A stretch of 59,746 nt of DNA, taken from contig CAYJWQ010000002.1 of the NCBI GenBank assembly GCA_964373895.1, forward strand, positions 8,659 through 68,404. Reading direction: 5' to 3'. The notes beneath the pieces were generated by a model that saw nothing but the letters and a program-made list of their open reading frames with translations, did not search any database and had not been told where the DNA came from. How positions within the stretch are numbered: the first letter of the stretch is position 1; each line of letters begins with the position of its first letter. The translations under genes and the position numbers were made by a program. Below, piece after piece: positions 46,206-57,176 of this stretch. Source of the DNA: an uncultured Nitrospirota bacterium (GTDB taxonomy: Bacteria > Nitrospirota > Nitrospiria > SBBL01 > SBBT01).

Positions 46206-47540
46206 ATGCTGGAAAATTTAACAAAAAAGCTTGATCAGATATTTAAAAAAGTCCGTGGCGCGGGACTGTTAACACCCCAAGTGATTGAACAGACGCTTAA
46301 AGAGGTGAAAATGGCGCTCTTGGAGGCGGATGTTCATTATAAGGTGGTCCAGTCCTTTATTGAATCTGTTCGCGAAAAAGCGGTGACGGTTGAGGTTTTA
46401 GAGGGGCTCAACCCTGGTCAACAGGTGATTAAAATCGTTTGGGAAACGCTCTCCAAATTGATGGGGGAAAAAGCGGCGCCTATTGTTCTATCCGCCTTCC
46501 CTGCCATCGTGATGTTGGTGGGTCTTCAAGGATCCGGGAAAACGACCACTGCGGGAAAACTGGCAAATTGGTACAAAAAAGAAGGGAAACATGTATTGCT
46601 GGTTGCTGCAGATTTGCATCGTCCGGCGGCTGTTCATCAGCTTAAGACGTTGGGAGAGGCGATGGGAGTTTCAGTGGTCTCCCCCGATTTTAAAGAGAGT
46701 CCGAAAGAGAATCCGCCAGAGCATCCAATAGACGTGATGCAGCGGGCGGTCCGGATGGCGAGAGATCAAGGTTTTGATCTTGTTATTGTGGATACGGCCG
46801 GGAGGCACCAGGTAAATGAATTGTTGATGGAAGAGCTGGTCCTGGCGAAGACATTGTTGTCTCCAGACGAAATCCTGTTTGTTGCGGATGCAATGACTGG
46901 TCAAGTGGCGGCGCAGGTCGCCCAAACCTTTCACCAGAGGATCGGCATGACCGGTATCATATTAACGAAGATGGAGGGGGATGCAAGGGGAGGCACCGCC
47001 TTGTCGATCCGATCGATATCCGGGGCCCCCATTAAGTTTATTGGCATGGGAGAAAAGCCGGATGATCTGGAGCGGTTCTATCCCGAGAGAATGGCCTCCC
47101 GTATCCTTGGAATGGGCGACGTCCTTTCGCTCATCGAATTGGCGGAAAAAAACTCGGCGCCGGACGGTCATTTTAAAGTTGGCGGCAAACAATTTACACT
47201 GGATGACTTCAGAATCCAATTGAAGCAATTTAAAAAGATCGGCCATCTTGAGCAGTTGTTGGATATGATCCCAGGCTTAAAGGGCGCGAAGGTGCGTCCT
47301 GAACAGGGGGAAATGGAAAAGGAAATCCGGCATATAGATGCCATCATTTCCTCGATGACGCTTCGTGAACGACACGATCCGGATATCATCAATGGAAGTC
47401 GTAAGAAAAGAATTTCAACGGGGAGCGGGGTTTCCGTTCAGGAAATCAATCGGTTCTTAAAACAATTTCACCAGGCGAGGAAAATAGTGAAACAATTGAG
47501 TGGTGGAAGGGGATTACACAGGATGTTGACTTCCTTCTAA
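46206..47540 (+). CDS. ffh: signal recognition particle protein Ffh
   Basis: N domain, the SRP54 GTPase (GLQGSGKTTT, DTAGR, TKMEGD) and a Met-rich M domain. Confidence 0.96.
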   Translation: MLENLTKKLDQIFKKVRGAGLLTPQVIEQTLKEVKMALLEADVHYKVVQSFIESVREKAVTVEVLEGLNPGQQVIKIVWETLSKLMGEKAAPIVLSAFPAIVMLVGLQGSGKTTTAGKLANWYKKEGKHVLLVAADLHRPAAVHQLKTLGEAMGVSVVSPDFKESPKENPPEHPIDVMQRAVRMARDQGFDLVIVDTAGRHQVNELLMEELVLAKTLLSPDEILFVADAMTGQVAAQVAQTFHQRIGMTGIILTKMEGDARGGTALSIRSISGAPIKFIGMGEKPDDLERFYPERMASRILGMGDVLSLIELAEKNSAPDGHFKVGGKQFTLDDFRIQLKQFKKIGHLEQLLDMIPGLKGAKVRPEQGEMEKEIRHIDAIISSMTLRERHDPDIINGSRKKRISTGSGVSVQEINRFLKQFHQARKIVKQLSGGRGLHRMLTSF

Positions 47541-47664
47541 TGAAGGGTGTTGAGAGTTTGTGAAGAAATCGTCGCGAGCAGATTAATTCACAAACTCTGA
47601 GTCGTTATTTGGCAAACATTATCAACCTAAGCCCTTTGGGCCTTATTTAACAGAGAGGTAATTT

Positions 47665-47934
47665 GTGGCAGTTACGATTCGATTAACGCGTATGGGTCGG
47701 CACAAGCGGCCTTTTTACCGAATTGTGGTCGCTGATTCTCAATCTCCAAGAGATGGAAAATTTATTGAGATCCTTGGAAGCTACGATCCTTTGGAGACAG
47801 GGATGGCGGTTAAGTTTAATGAGGAGAGGGCGCTCTCTTGGATAAAGAAGGGGGCCGGTGTATCCGCGACCGTTAAGACCATTTTCAGCAGGTCGCAATT
47901 GTTTAAAAAAGCAAGAGAATCAAACACCCGATAG
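47665..47934 (+). CDS. rpsP: 30S ribosomal protein S16
   Basis: [22 protein letters not shown]; GTG start. Confidence 0.95.
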   Translation: MAVTIRLTRMGRHKRPFYRIVVADSQSPRDGKFIEILGSYDPLETGMAVKFNEERALSWIKKGAGVSATVKTIFSRSQLFKKARESNTR

Positions 47935-47975
47935 CCGATTTTGCCTTGCCTAAAACACGCATGGAGGTGGCATCG

Positions 47976-48206
47976 ATGAAGGAGCTGATTGAGTACATTG
48001 CCAAGTCGCTTGTAGATAGGCCAGAGAATGTGGTTGTGAGAGAGACAGAGGGTGAAAAGACCACCATCATTGAATTAAGGGTGGCCCAGGAGGATTTAGG
48101 CAAAGTGATCGGAAAGCAGGGAAGGACGGCAAGGTCCATGAGAACCATTTTAAATGCCGCGGGCACCAAGATTGGGAAGCGGTGTGTCCTTGAGATTTTA
48201 GAATAA
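47976..48206 (+). CDS. KH-domain RNA-binding protein (YlqC/UPF0109 family)
   Basis: [14 protein letters not shown]...[16 protein letters not shown] (GxxG KH motif). SD ggaggtg lies 6 nt upstream. Confidence 0.88.
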   Translation: MKELIEYIAKSLVDRPENVVVRETEGEKTTIIELRVAQEDLGKVIGKQGRTARSMRTILNAAGTKIGKRCVLEILE

Positions 48207-48248
48207 TCCCAGATGGTCGGTGAAGGTTTTTAATAGGGATGCCCAAGA

Positions 48249-49019
48249 ATGATGAAGTGCGACGTCATCACCCTTTTCCCCGAGATGGTGGCTCCTGTTC
48301 TGCAACAGAGCATCTTAAAGCGCGCCCGGGAGCGGCATCTTTTAGATGTGCGCGTTGTCCCGCTTCGTGATTTTGCGACGGATAAACATCGCATAACAGA
48401 TGATGTGCCGTACGGGGGCGGACCCGGCATGGTTTTAAAACCAGAACCGATTTTCGCCGCTTTAGACAGAATAAAACAAGAACGGGAAGGCGTGCGTATG
48501 ATCATCCCTTCCCCGCAGGGCGCTATATTCAATCAGGGGATGGCGGAGGTTTTTTCGCGAGAGGAGAGGAGCCTTGTTTTTATTTGTGGACACTACGAAG
48601 GGATCGATGCGCGTGTGATGCAGGGCATCGACCATGAGGAGGTGTCGATTGGCGATTATCTTCTGACAGGCGGTGAGATGGCGGCGCTGGTGATGATTGA
48701 TGCATCGGCGAGATTAATTCCCGGCGTGTTGGGAGATAGCGGTTCCATTGAGGAAGAGTCTTTTGCATCGTCGTTATTGGAGTATCCGCATTACACAAGG
48801 CCACGTGAATTTCGAGGCATGAAGGTTCCTGATGTCCTTGTTTCGGGCAATCATCGTGCGATTCGCGGCTGGAGGAGGGGGCAGTCTCTATTAAATACGC
48901 TTTACAAGCGGCCCGATCTGTTAGCGTCTGCCGCTTTAACGGATGAGGATCGCCAATGGCTCGGGCAAGCGATATCGGGCACGAAAAAAGAGGGGGAGTT
49001 TATACGATGGATCAGTTAG
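48249..49019 (+). CDS. trmD: tRNA (guanine37-N1)-methyltransferase
   Basis: DVITLFPEM...[17 protein letters not shown]...[10 protein letters not shown] motifs. Confidence 0.95.
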   Translation: MMKCDVITLFPEMVAPVLQQSILKRARERHLLDVRVVPLRDFATDKHRITDDVPYGGGPGMVLKPEPIFAALDRIKQEREGVRMIIPSPQGAIFNQGMAEVFSREERSLVFICGHYEGIDARVMQGIDHEEVSIGDYLLTGGEMAALVMIDASARLIPGVLGDSGSIEEESFASSLLEYPHYTRPREFRGMKVPDVLVSGNHRAIRGWRRGQSLLNTLYKRPDLLASAALTDEDRQWLGQAISGTKKEGEFIRWIS

Positions 49020-49417
49020 CCCAGTTTGAAAAAAATCTGTTAAAATCACACAAATCGAAGATCGGAATAGGGAATACAGTCAGGGTCCATGTGAAAATCA
49101 TTGAGGGAGAAAAGGAGCGCATTCAGGTCTACGAAGGGGTCGTGATTCGCATGAAAGGGACGAGCAACCGTGAGACCTTCACGGTGAGGAAGGTTTCTTT
49201 TGGCGTCGGAGTCGAACGGATTTTTCCCCTTCATTCTCCTTTTGTCAGTAAGATTGACGTGGTGAGAGAAGGGAAGGTCCATCGGGCGAAGCTTTATTAT
49301 TTACGCTCACGGACCGGACGCGCTGCCCGTATCTCTGAAAAAGAAAGAGTCGCGCCTTCCGAACAGAAACCGACCCCTTCGATGGAAGATGCGCCCGTTG
49401 CCAAGGTACATTCCTAG
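49007..49417 (+). CDS. rplS: 50S ribosomal protein L19
   Basis: [23 protein letters not shown]...G...TFTVRK motifs. The ATG at 49007 overlaps the end of trmD. Confidence 0.94.
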   Translation: MDQLAQFEKNLLKSHKSKIGIGNTVRVHVKIIEGEKERIQVYEGVVIRMKGTSNRETFTVRKVSFGVGVERIFPLHSPFVSKIDVVREGKVHRAKLYYLRSRTGRAARISEKERVAPSEQKPTPSMEDAPVAKVHS

Positions 49418-49458
49418 CACGTTGCTAAATCCTTGCATGATGTCCGGGTTGCTCGAAA

Positions 49459-50109
49459 GTGTGGGAGACCTCCGTGACGGATATCCTCCCTGTGGAAAGA
49501 TACCGGCGTCCCGTTGAAATGTATCTCTATGAAGAGGGACTTGCCTCTCTTGGTTATCGGCATATCTGTGGCATTGACGAGGCCGGACGCGGGGCCCTCG
49601 CTGGACCGGTTGTTGCGGCGGCCGTCATCCTGCCGTTAAGATATGTTATTGTCGGTATCCGGGACTCAAAACTCCTTACCCCTCGCCAACGTGAAATCTT
49701 TTTTGACCAGATTCAAAAGGATGCCCTCGCCATTGGCATCGGGGTGGTAGACAACCACCTTATTGACGAAATAAATATACTGCAAGCGACCATTGCCGCA
49801 ATGCAAGAGGGCATAGAAAAACTTGCGGTAAAGCCCGATTATTTGTTGATCGATGCCTTAACCCTCCCTCGCGTTTCCATTCCCCAAAAGGGAATTGTCC
49901 ATGGCGACAATCTATCAGCGACCATCGCTGCCGCATCGGTGGTGGCCAAGGTGACGCGGGATCGGCTGATGCGCCAATATCACGAAGAATTCCCTCGATA
50001 CAACTTCCATCTCCACAAGGGGTACGGGACAGGCGAGCATCTAAGAAAGATCAAGGAATTTGGTCCGTGCGGGATTCACAGGAAAACGTTTCGGGGCGTG
50101 ATCGTATGA
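49459..50109 (+). CDS. rnhB: ribonuclease HII (start uncertain: GTG 49459 or ATG 49519)
   Basis: ICGIDEAGRGALAGPVVAAAV and DSK.L motifs. Confidence 0.9.
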   Translation: MWETSVTDILPVERYRRPVEMYLYEEGLASLGYRHICGIDEAGRGALAGPVVAAAVILPLRYVIVGIRDSKLLTPRQREIFFDQIQKDALAIGIGVVDNHLIDEINILQATIAAMQEGIEKLAVKPDYLLIDALTLPRVSIPQKGIVHGDNLSATIAAASVVAKVTRDRLMRQYHEEFPRYNFHLHKGYGTGEHLRKIKEFGPCGIHRKTFRGVIV

Positions 50110-50465
50110 CCGGTCAACAAGGGGAGGAAATGGCCTCTGATTTTTTGAAGAAGCGTGGCTATAAAATTATTCAACGCAATTACCGGACGGCGTTTGGAGA
50201 GCTGGATATTATTGCAAAAGATGGGGAGACGTTGGCCTTTGTGGAGGTCAAAATGCGGTCTCAAGATAGATTTGGAACGCCACAGCATTCCGTTGATCTA
50301 AAGAAGCAGGCCAGGATGGGGCGGGTGGCCCTTGCCTACCTGTCGCGCAATAAGATTGATTCATGCGCTTGCCGTTTTGATGTCGTCTCCATTATAAAAA
50401 ACTTGCAAGGCGTTCATGTGGAGCTCATCCAGAACGCCTTTGAACTATCACAAGCCCAATGTTAA
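50106..50465 (+). CDS. YraN-family (UPF0102) endonuclease-like protein
   Basis: GEEMASDFLKKRGYKIIQRNYRTAFGELDIIA...LAFVEVKMR motif and an ATGA overlap with rnhB. Confidence 0.88.
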   Translation: MTGQQGEEMASDFLKKRGYKIIQRNYRTAFGELDIIAKDGETLAFVEVKMRSQDRFGTPQHSVDLKKQARMGRVALAYLSRNKIDSCACRFDVVSIIKNLQGVHVELIQNAFELSQAQC

Positions 50466-50489
50466 GCGTTGTATGAAGCGGTGGCGGCG

Positions 50490-51158
50490 ATGATACAGAT
50501 GTTTCATGTCCACAAATACTACGGAAAGAATCGGCCTGTCCTGGAGGATATCAATTTGCATATTGAAAAAGGGGAGTTTGTCTTTCTAGTGGGGCCGAGC
50601 GGGGCGGGAAAATCTACCTTGTTAAAACTAATTTTTTGTGAAGAACCGGCGGATAAGGGACAGGTCCTCATCAATGGGAAAAACGTCTCGCATCTATCCG
50701 AGAAGGAGCGGTCAGCCCTTCGTCGCAATATGGGATTTATTTTTCAGGACCTCAAGTTGATACAACGTAAAACCGTTTATGAAAATATTGCGCTCCCCTT
50801 AGAAATGATGGGCGCCTCGTCGGGAGATATAAGGCGCCGTGTCCCGGAGGCATTAAAGATGGTGGGGCTTGAATGTCAACATGAACGATACCCGGTCTCT
50901 CTCTCGGGAGGGGAGCAGCAGCGTGTCGCGGTCGCCCGCGCCTTGGTTGTCCGTCCCACGCTCTTGTTGGCAGACGAGCCGACCGCAAATTTGGATGAGG
51001 CGCTCTCTTCTGACCTTATGGCGCTATTTAAAAACGTCCATACGGCAGGGACGACCATGATTATTGCGACCCATCACCGGCATCTATTGTCTAAGGCATC
51101 CAAACGAACGCTATTTTTGCAACAAGGGAGGATTGTTTCCCAGGGGCTTTCTGCGTGA
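50490..51158 (+). CDS. ftsE: cell-division ABC ATPase FtsE
   Basis: [38 protein letters not shown] and the ftsE-ftsX order. Confidence 0.93.
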   Translation: MIQMFHVHKYYGKNRPVLEDINLHIEKGEFVFLVGPSGAGKSTLLKLIFCEEPADKGQVLINGKNVSHLSEKERSALRRNMGFIFQDLKLIQRKTVYENIALPLEMMGASSGDIRRRVPEALKMVGLECQHERYPVSLSGGEQQRVAVARALVVRPTLLLADEPTANLDEALSSDLMALFKNVHTAGTTMIIATHHRHLLSKASKRTLFLQQGRIVSQGLSA

Positions 51159-52072
51159 GACGGTTAATCTATTATTTAAAAACGGCGTTGGAGAATATCC
51201 AGATCAACAGGGTCATGGTCTTTTTTTCACTTTTCTCTTTGAGTCTGACGCTCATGCTATTCTCTTTTTTTCTCCTTTTTTATCATAATGTTCAAAAAGT
51301 TCTTGTGGCCATGCAGGAAGATGTGCAGTTGAGTATCTATTTAAGTGATTCCGCTCAAGAGGATGCTGTTCGTTCCATTAAAGCGAAGCTATCGGAGGAA
51401 AAAGGGATTTTGTCTTTTCGTTATATCTCCAAGGAAGATGCCCTGGACCTGTTTAAGAGGGAGTTTAAGGATATGGCCCTGATAAAGAATCTGGGGGGTA
51501 ATCCACTTCCAGCCTCGTTGGAGGTGAAGGTGAAAGGGGAGTATCAGGAACCGAGAAAACTTGCAGAGATGGTTGACCGTTTCCGTGCGTTCCCCGAGGT
51601 GGAGGAGGTGCAATATGGTTCGGAATGGATTCAAAGTTTACATGCGCTTTTAAGTCTCTTAAAAATGATTGGGGTGGGAATCGGGGGTCTTTTGTCGGTC
51701 ACGGTGATTGCGATTATCGCGAATACCGTAAGACTGCACATGTACAATCGTAAGGAAGAGATCGATATTATGAAACTCCTCGGCGCGACGGACAGTTTTA
51801 TCAAAACCCCTTTTTTCCTGGAGGGCGCGTTGATAGGCATCTTTAGCGGCTGCGGTTCTGTCCTGATGCTCTCTGCCCTATTTCACCTGTCTAAGGCATC
51901 GATTCAATCGGCGGGGGGAATGATTGGCGGCGTTATGGAACTGCATTTTCTCCCGCTTCCGTTTTCGTTTGGGGTGATTGTCGCTGCAGGGGTTTTAGGA
52001 GGAATCGGGAGTGTTATTTCATCGACGCGCCTCTTGAAGATACGTGCGATAGGTTATGTGGGAAAAAGGTAA
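51155..52072 (+). CDS. ftsX: cell-division permease-like protein FtsX
   Basis: Four TMs with a periplasmic domain between TM1 and TM2. GTG start overlapping the ftsE stop. Confidence 0.9.
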   Translation: MRRLIYYLKTALENIQINRVMVFFSLFSLSLTLMLFSFFLLFYHNVQKVLVAMQEDVQLSIYLSDSAQEDAVRSIKAKLSEEKGILSFRYISKEDALDLFKREFKDMALIKNLGGNPLPASLEVKVKGEYQEPRKLAEMVDRFRAFPEVEEVQYGSEWIQSLHALLSLLKMIGVGIGGLLSVTVIAIIANTVRLHMYNRKEEIDIMKLLGATDSFIKTPFFLEGALIGIFSGCGSVLMLSALFHLSKASIQSAGGMIGGVMELHFLPLPFSFGVIVAAGVLGGIGSVISSTRLLKIRAIGYVGKR

Positions 52073-53264
52073 GAAGATACTCTCCCTTCTCCTGTTATTG
52101 GATGTCATTAACGCTATTTCTGTTTTTGCCGTAGAGAAACCTACCCCGCTCGGCGAGCAGGTTCAGAAGGCGAAGAAGGAGCTGGAAAAATTAAAAGCGG
52201 AAACGGAAGGTAAGCGGAAGAAAGATGCTGCAATAAGGAAAAAAGAGGCCTCCATTCTTTCTCTGTTGGAAGAGATGGATCACAAGGTGCGTGTCCGTCA
52301 ACAAGAGGCCTCCCTCATCGAGCTGAAAATAAGGGAGAAAGAGGAAGAAATGGAAAATCTCTCGAGCGCCATTGTACAACTTAATGGGGAAATTCGAGAG
52401 AAAAAAGGACTCATTTCCCAGCGTCTCCGTATGATCTATCAGGAAAGAAAAAATGCGGTGGTCAAGACGTTGTTTGACTCGCGGGATTATCCGAATTTCC
52501 TGAAACGTTTTTACTACCTTAAAATAATTGCCAAAAGAGAAGGGGAGATGTTATCCTTATTTAAGGGACGGCATGGCCAATTAGAGGAAAAGGGAGTTCA
52601 GATTATCCGAACTAAACGACAGATGGAGTATGAGAGAGAGGCCTTGGCCCAAAAACTTGTTGAAATTCGTGAGGAGAGAAAAAATAAGAATATCCTTCTG
52701 ACCCGCGTTCGCGATGAGAGGGCTTTCTATGAAAAGGCCTTAGCGGAACTGGATGAGTCTTCTTTGCAGTTGCAGGCAATGCTCAAAAAGATGGAGGAGG
52801 AGAGGAAGCGGCTGCAACATCCCCTGCCAGAGAAGTTTTCAGGCGGAAAAGGTCATTTAAGCTGGCCGAGTGATGGAGAGGTCGTGGGGCGTTTTGGCCG
52901 TCAAAAACATGCTAAATTTGACACCTATATCTTCCGAAAAGGGATTGAGATTGCCCCCTCTCGCGGAGATGAGGTAAGGGCCGTCTATGATGGGAGTATC
53001 GTTTACGCCAACTGGTTTAAAGGATATGGGATGGTCATTATTATCGACCATGGTGAAAATTATTATTCCATGTATGCCCATCTGTCAAAATTGATGGTTT
53101 CTGTCGGAGAGCGGGTGCAGAAAAATAGAACCATTGGCCTCGTGGGAGAGACGGGGCTATCCAAGGGGGGGCGCCTCTATTTTGAAATTCGACATCAGGG
53201 AGAACCGTTAGATCCGTTAATTTGGCTTCCAGAGAAGAGAGAAAAAGGAGATACGCGAAAATGA
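52056..53264 (+). CDS. envC: EnvC-like murein hydrolase activator (coiled coil plus M23/LytM domain)
   Basis: Signal peptide, a long Lys/Glu coiled coil and a C-terminal LytM domain (GIEI....G..V.AV.DG.V.....F.GYG..IIIDHG..Y.S.YAHL). Confidence 0.85.
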   Translation: MWEKGKKILSLLLLLDVINAISVFAVEKPTPLGEQVQKAKKELEKLKAETEGKRKKDAAIRKKEASILSLLEEMDHKVRVRQQEASLIELKIREKEEEMENLSSAIVQLNGEIREKKGLISQRLRMIYQERKNAVVKTLFDSRDYPNFLKRFYYLKIIAKREGEMLSLFKGRHGQLEEKGVQIIRTKRQMEYEREALAQKLVEIREERKNKNILLTRVRDERAFYEKALAELDESSLQLQAMLKKMEEERKRLQHPLPEKFSGGKGHLSWPSDGEVVGRFGRQKHAKFDTYIFRKGIEIAPSRGDEVRAVYDGSIVYANWFKGYGMVIIIDHGENYYSMYAHLSKLMVSVGERVQKNRTIGLVGETGLSKGGRLYFEIRHQGEPLDPLIWLPEKREKGDTRK

Positions 53265-54604
53265 TCGTAAACAAATGGGCCAAAACCGCTTTTCTGATCG
53301 CGATCCTGCTGGTCTCTTTTGGTATGAGCATTTTTATTGAAAGGGGGCTGCAGACCGGGGTTTTGGCGGAAACGGAAGGTTATGAGGATCTGAAAGTTTT
53401 TGCGGAGGTTTTATCAACGGTTCAGAGGAATTATGTTGAGCCTGTGAAAAGTAAGGAGTTGGTCTATGGCGCCATCAAGGGGATGATGCAGGCGTTAGAT
53501 GCCCACTCTGTCTATATGTCGTCTGACATTTATAAAGAGGTTCAAGTCGATACGAAAGGCGAGTTTGGGGGGTTGGGCCTCCAGATCGGGATGAGGGATA
53601 ACAAGTTGGTCGTCATCGCGCCGATCGAGGGGACGCCGGCCGATCAAGCCGGGATTCAACCGGGAGACATTATCCTAAAAGTGGATGACCATCCTTTGAC
53701 GAAAGAAATGGGGCTCATGGATGCCATTAACAAAATGCGGGGGGCGCCGGGGAGCAAGGTCAGCCTGACCATACAACGGGAACATATTCAAGGCTCGATC
53801 GTCTTTAACTTGGTCCGTGATGTTATTCGCGTTAAGAGCGTTAAATCAAAAGTTTTGGATACGGACATCGGTTATATACGCGTCACCCAATTTCAGGAAC
53901 AGACGGCTGGCGACCTGGCGCGGGAGATTTCAAAATTGCGAGGCATCAATGTGCGTTCGCTTATTTTGGATCTAAGAAATAATCCTGGCGGACTGCTCAC
54001 GTCGGCGGTCGATGTAACGGGGCAATTCCTCGAGAAGGGACAGATGATTGTCACCGTGAAAGGAAGGTCCGAGAAAAAGGAGGAGTATCTTGCCAAAAAT
54101 CCCGGTCCGTTAAGGGGCGTTCCATTGGTGATCCTGGTGAACGAAGGGAGCGCTTCCGCGTCGGAGATTGTCTCGGGCGCTTTGCAAGATTTGGGAAAGG
54201 CCGTTATCGTGGGCGTTCCAACTTTCGGAAAGGGATCTGTCCAGACGATCTTGCCCTTATCAGACGGGTCGGCCTTGCGTCTGACGACCGCAAAGTATTA
54301 CACGCCCAATGGCCGGTCGATTCAGAATAAGGGGATCGACCCCGACGTCCTTATTAAACCGGCTGCGGTCAAAGAGACCCAGACCGTTATTCGTGAAAAA
54401 GACTTAGATCGGCACATGCAGGACGAACCGGCGTCGGAGAAGGAGGAGACGGTTCAACAACCCGTCGAAAATCCAAGCGGCCCCCAGGAATCACCCTCTA
54501 ATAGGGGCGAAGATGTTCAATTGCAAAGGGCAATCGATCTTCTCAAAAGTGGAAAGGTTTTTGAATACCTCCCTCCAAAACGGGCTGCGCAAAGAAATGG
54601 ATGA
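53261..54604 (+). CDS. ctpA: S41-family carboxyl-terminal processing protease
   Basis: PDZ domain (GIQPGDIILKVDD) and the S41 core (LVNEGSASASEI...GKGSVQ). ATGA overlap with envC. Confidence 0.92.
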   Translation: MIVNKWAKTAFLIAILLVSFGMSIFIERGLQTGVLAETEGYEDLKVFAEVLSTVQRNYVEPVKSKELVYGAIKGMMQALDAHSVYMSSDIYKEVQVDTKGEFGGLGLQIGMRDNKLVVIAPIEGTPADQAGIQPGDIILKVDDHPLTKEMGLMDAINKMRGAPGSKVSLTIQREHIQGSIVFNLVRDVIRVKSVKSKVLDTDIGYIRVTQFQEQTAGDLAREISKLRGINVRSLILDLRNNPGGLLTSAVDVTGQFLEKGQMIVTVKGRSEKKEEYLAKNPGPLRGVPLVILVNEGSASASEIVSGALQDLGKAVIVGVPTFGKGSVQTILPLSDGSALRLTTAKYYTPNGRSIQNKGIDPDVLIKPAAVKETQTVIREKDLDRHMQDEPASEKEETVQQPVENPSGPQESPSNRGEDVQLQRAIDLLKSGKVFEYLPPKRAAQRNG

Positions 54605-54688
54605 AAAAGCCCCCCCTATACAGGAATTGCCAATTTTCTCTTGATGTCCCACCAGTGGATACGGAAGAAAAATATTTTATGTGTGGGC

Positions 54689-54717
54689 TTGATTTTCCCC
54701 ATGAGGTGGTATATATG
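54689..54717 (+). promoter_or_regulatory. candidate promoter TTGATT-N17-TATATG upstream of groES
   Basis: Motif reading only. I saw no CIRCE element and no clean sigma32 consensus. Confidence 0.25.
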
Positions 54718-54808
54718 GTAGGGGCTTCAGCTTTCTGAAGAGAACGTAACGGTTGCAACGGTGGCCGTTATGAATGGTGATATAACGTACGCTGTAAGGG
54801 AGGAAGCA

Positions 54809-55087
54809 ATGGCGCAGAAAACGGCAGTGAAGTTTAAGCCGCTCAAAGAGCGGGTTTTTGTTAGTTATTCAGGGGAACTTGAAAAGACGTCGGGCGGCCT
54901 TTATATTCCGGATAATGCGAAAGAAAAACCTCAGAAGGGAAAGGTGGAGGCAGTCGGGAGCGAGGTAAAGAATGTAGCCGTGGGTGATGTCATCTTGTTT
55001 GATAAGTATTCAGGAAGCAAGATTAATCTGGATGGAGAAGACTATCTTATCCTGAAGGAAGAGGACATTTTAGGTATTCTTGCCTAA
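54809..55087 (+). CDS. groES: co-chaperonin GroES
   Basis: KPLKERVFV...[25 protein letters not shown] gggagga before the ATG at 54809. Confidence 0.94.
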   Translation: MAQKTAVKFKPLKERVFVSYSGELEKTSGGLYIPDNAKEKPQKGKVEAVGSEVKNVAVGDVILFDKYSGSKINLDGEDYLILKEEDILGILA

Positions 55088-55102
55088 AAATTTGGCATTT
55101 AA

Positions 55103-56749
<1,647 letters not shown>

Positions 56750-56780
56750 ACAAAGATACAGTTGAATGGTAACGTGAATT

Positions 56781-56811
56781 CCCCCATGAGAGTCCTCTCG
56801 TGGGGGTTTTT
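56781..56811 (+). terminator. rho-independent terminator after groEL (cccccatgagag tcc tctcgtggggg ttttt)
   Basis: 11-bp stem including one G:U pair, followed by a T-run. Confidence 0.75.
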
Positions 56812-56841
56812 CATTTCATTGCTTAAAATGAAGGAGAGAAG

Positions 56842-57171
56842 ATGGGAGACGCTTTAAACGTGACAAGCCAGACATGGGAAGAAGAAGTCCTTAAATCTGC
56901 AGGATCGGTCATGGTTGATTTCTGGGCCCCCTGGTGCGGTCCATGCCAAATGATTGCCCCTACGATCGAAGAGTTGGCGGTGGAGTACCGTGGAAAAATA
57001 AAGGTATGCAAATTAAACACAGATGAGAATCCGGATATTGGCAGCCGGTATCAGGTGATGGGTATCCCCACCCTCTTACTCTTTAAGGAGGGAAAGGTGG
57101 TGGATAAAATAGTTGGGGCTGCCTCTAAAAAACAATTCAAAGATAAGATTGAAACGCTACTCTCTAAGTAA
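56842..57171 (+). CDS. trxA: thioredoxin
   Basis: VDFWAPWCGPCQMIAP active site; 109 aa. Confidence 0.96.
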   Translation: MGDALNVTSQTWEEEVLKSAGSVMVDFWAPWCGPCQMIAPTIEELAVEYRGKIKVCKLNTDENPDIGSRYQVMGIPTLLLFKEGKVVDKIVGAASKKQFKDKIETLLSK

Positions 57172-57176
57172 CGGTT

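Noticed and set aside
54605-54808. Search for a CIRCE (TTAGCACTC-N9-GAGTGCTAA) or sigma32 (CTTGAAA-N13-15-CCCCATnT) element upstream of groES
   Set aside because: There is no CIRCE-like inverted repeat. A cttgat and a ccccat are present but only a few nt apart, so the spacing is incompatible with a sigma32 promoter. Only a weak sigma70-like candidate is reported.
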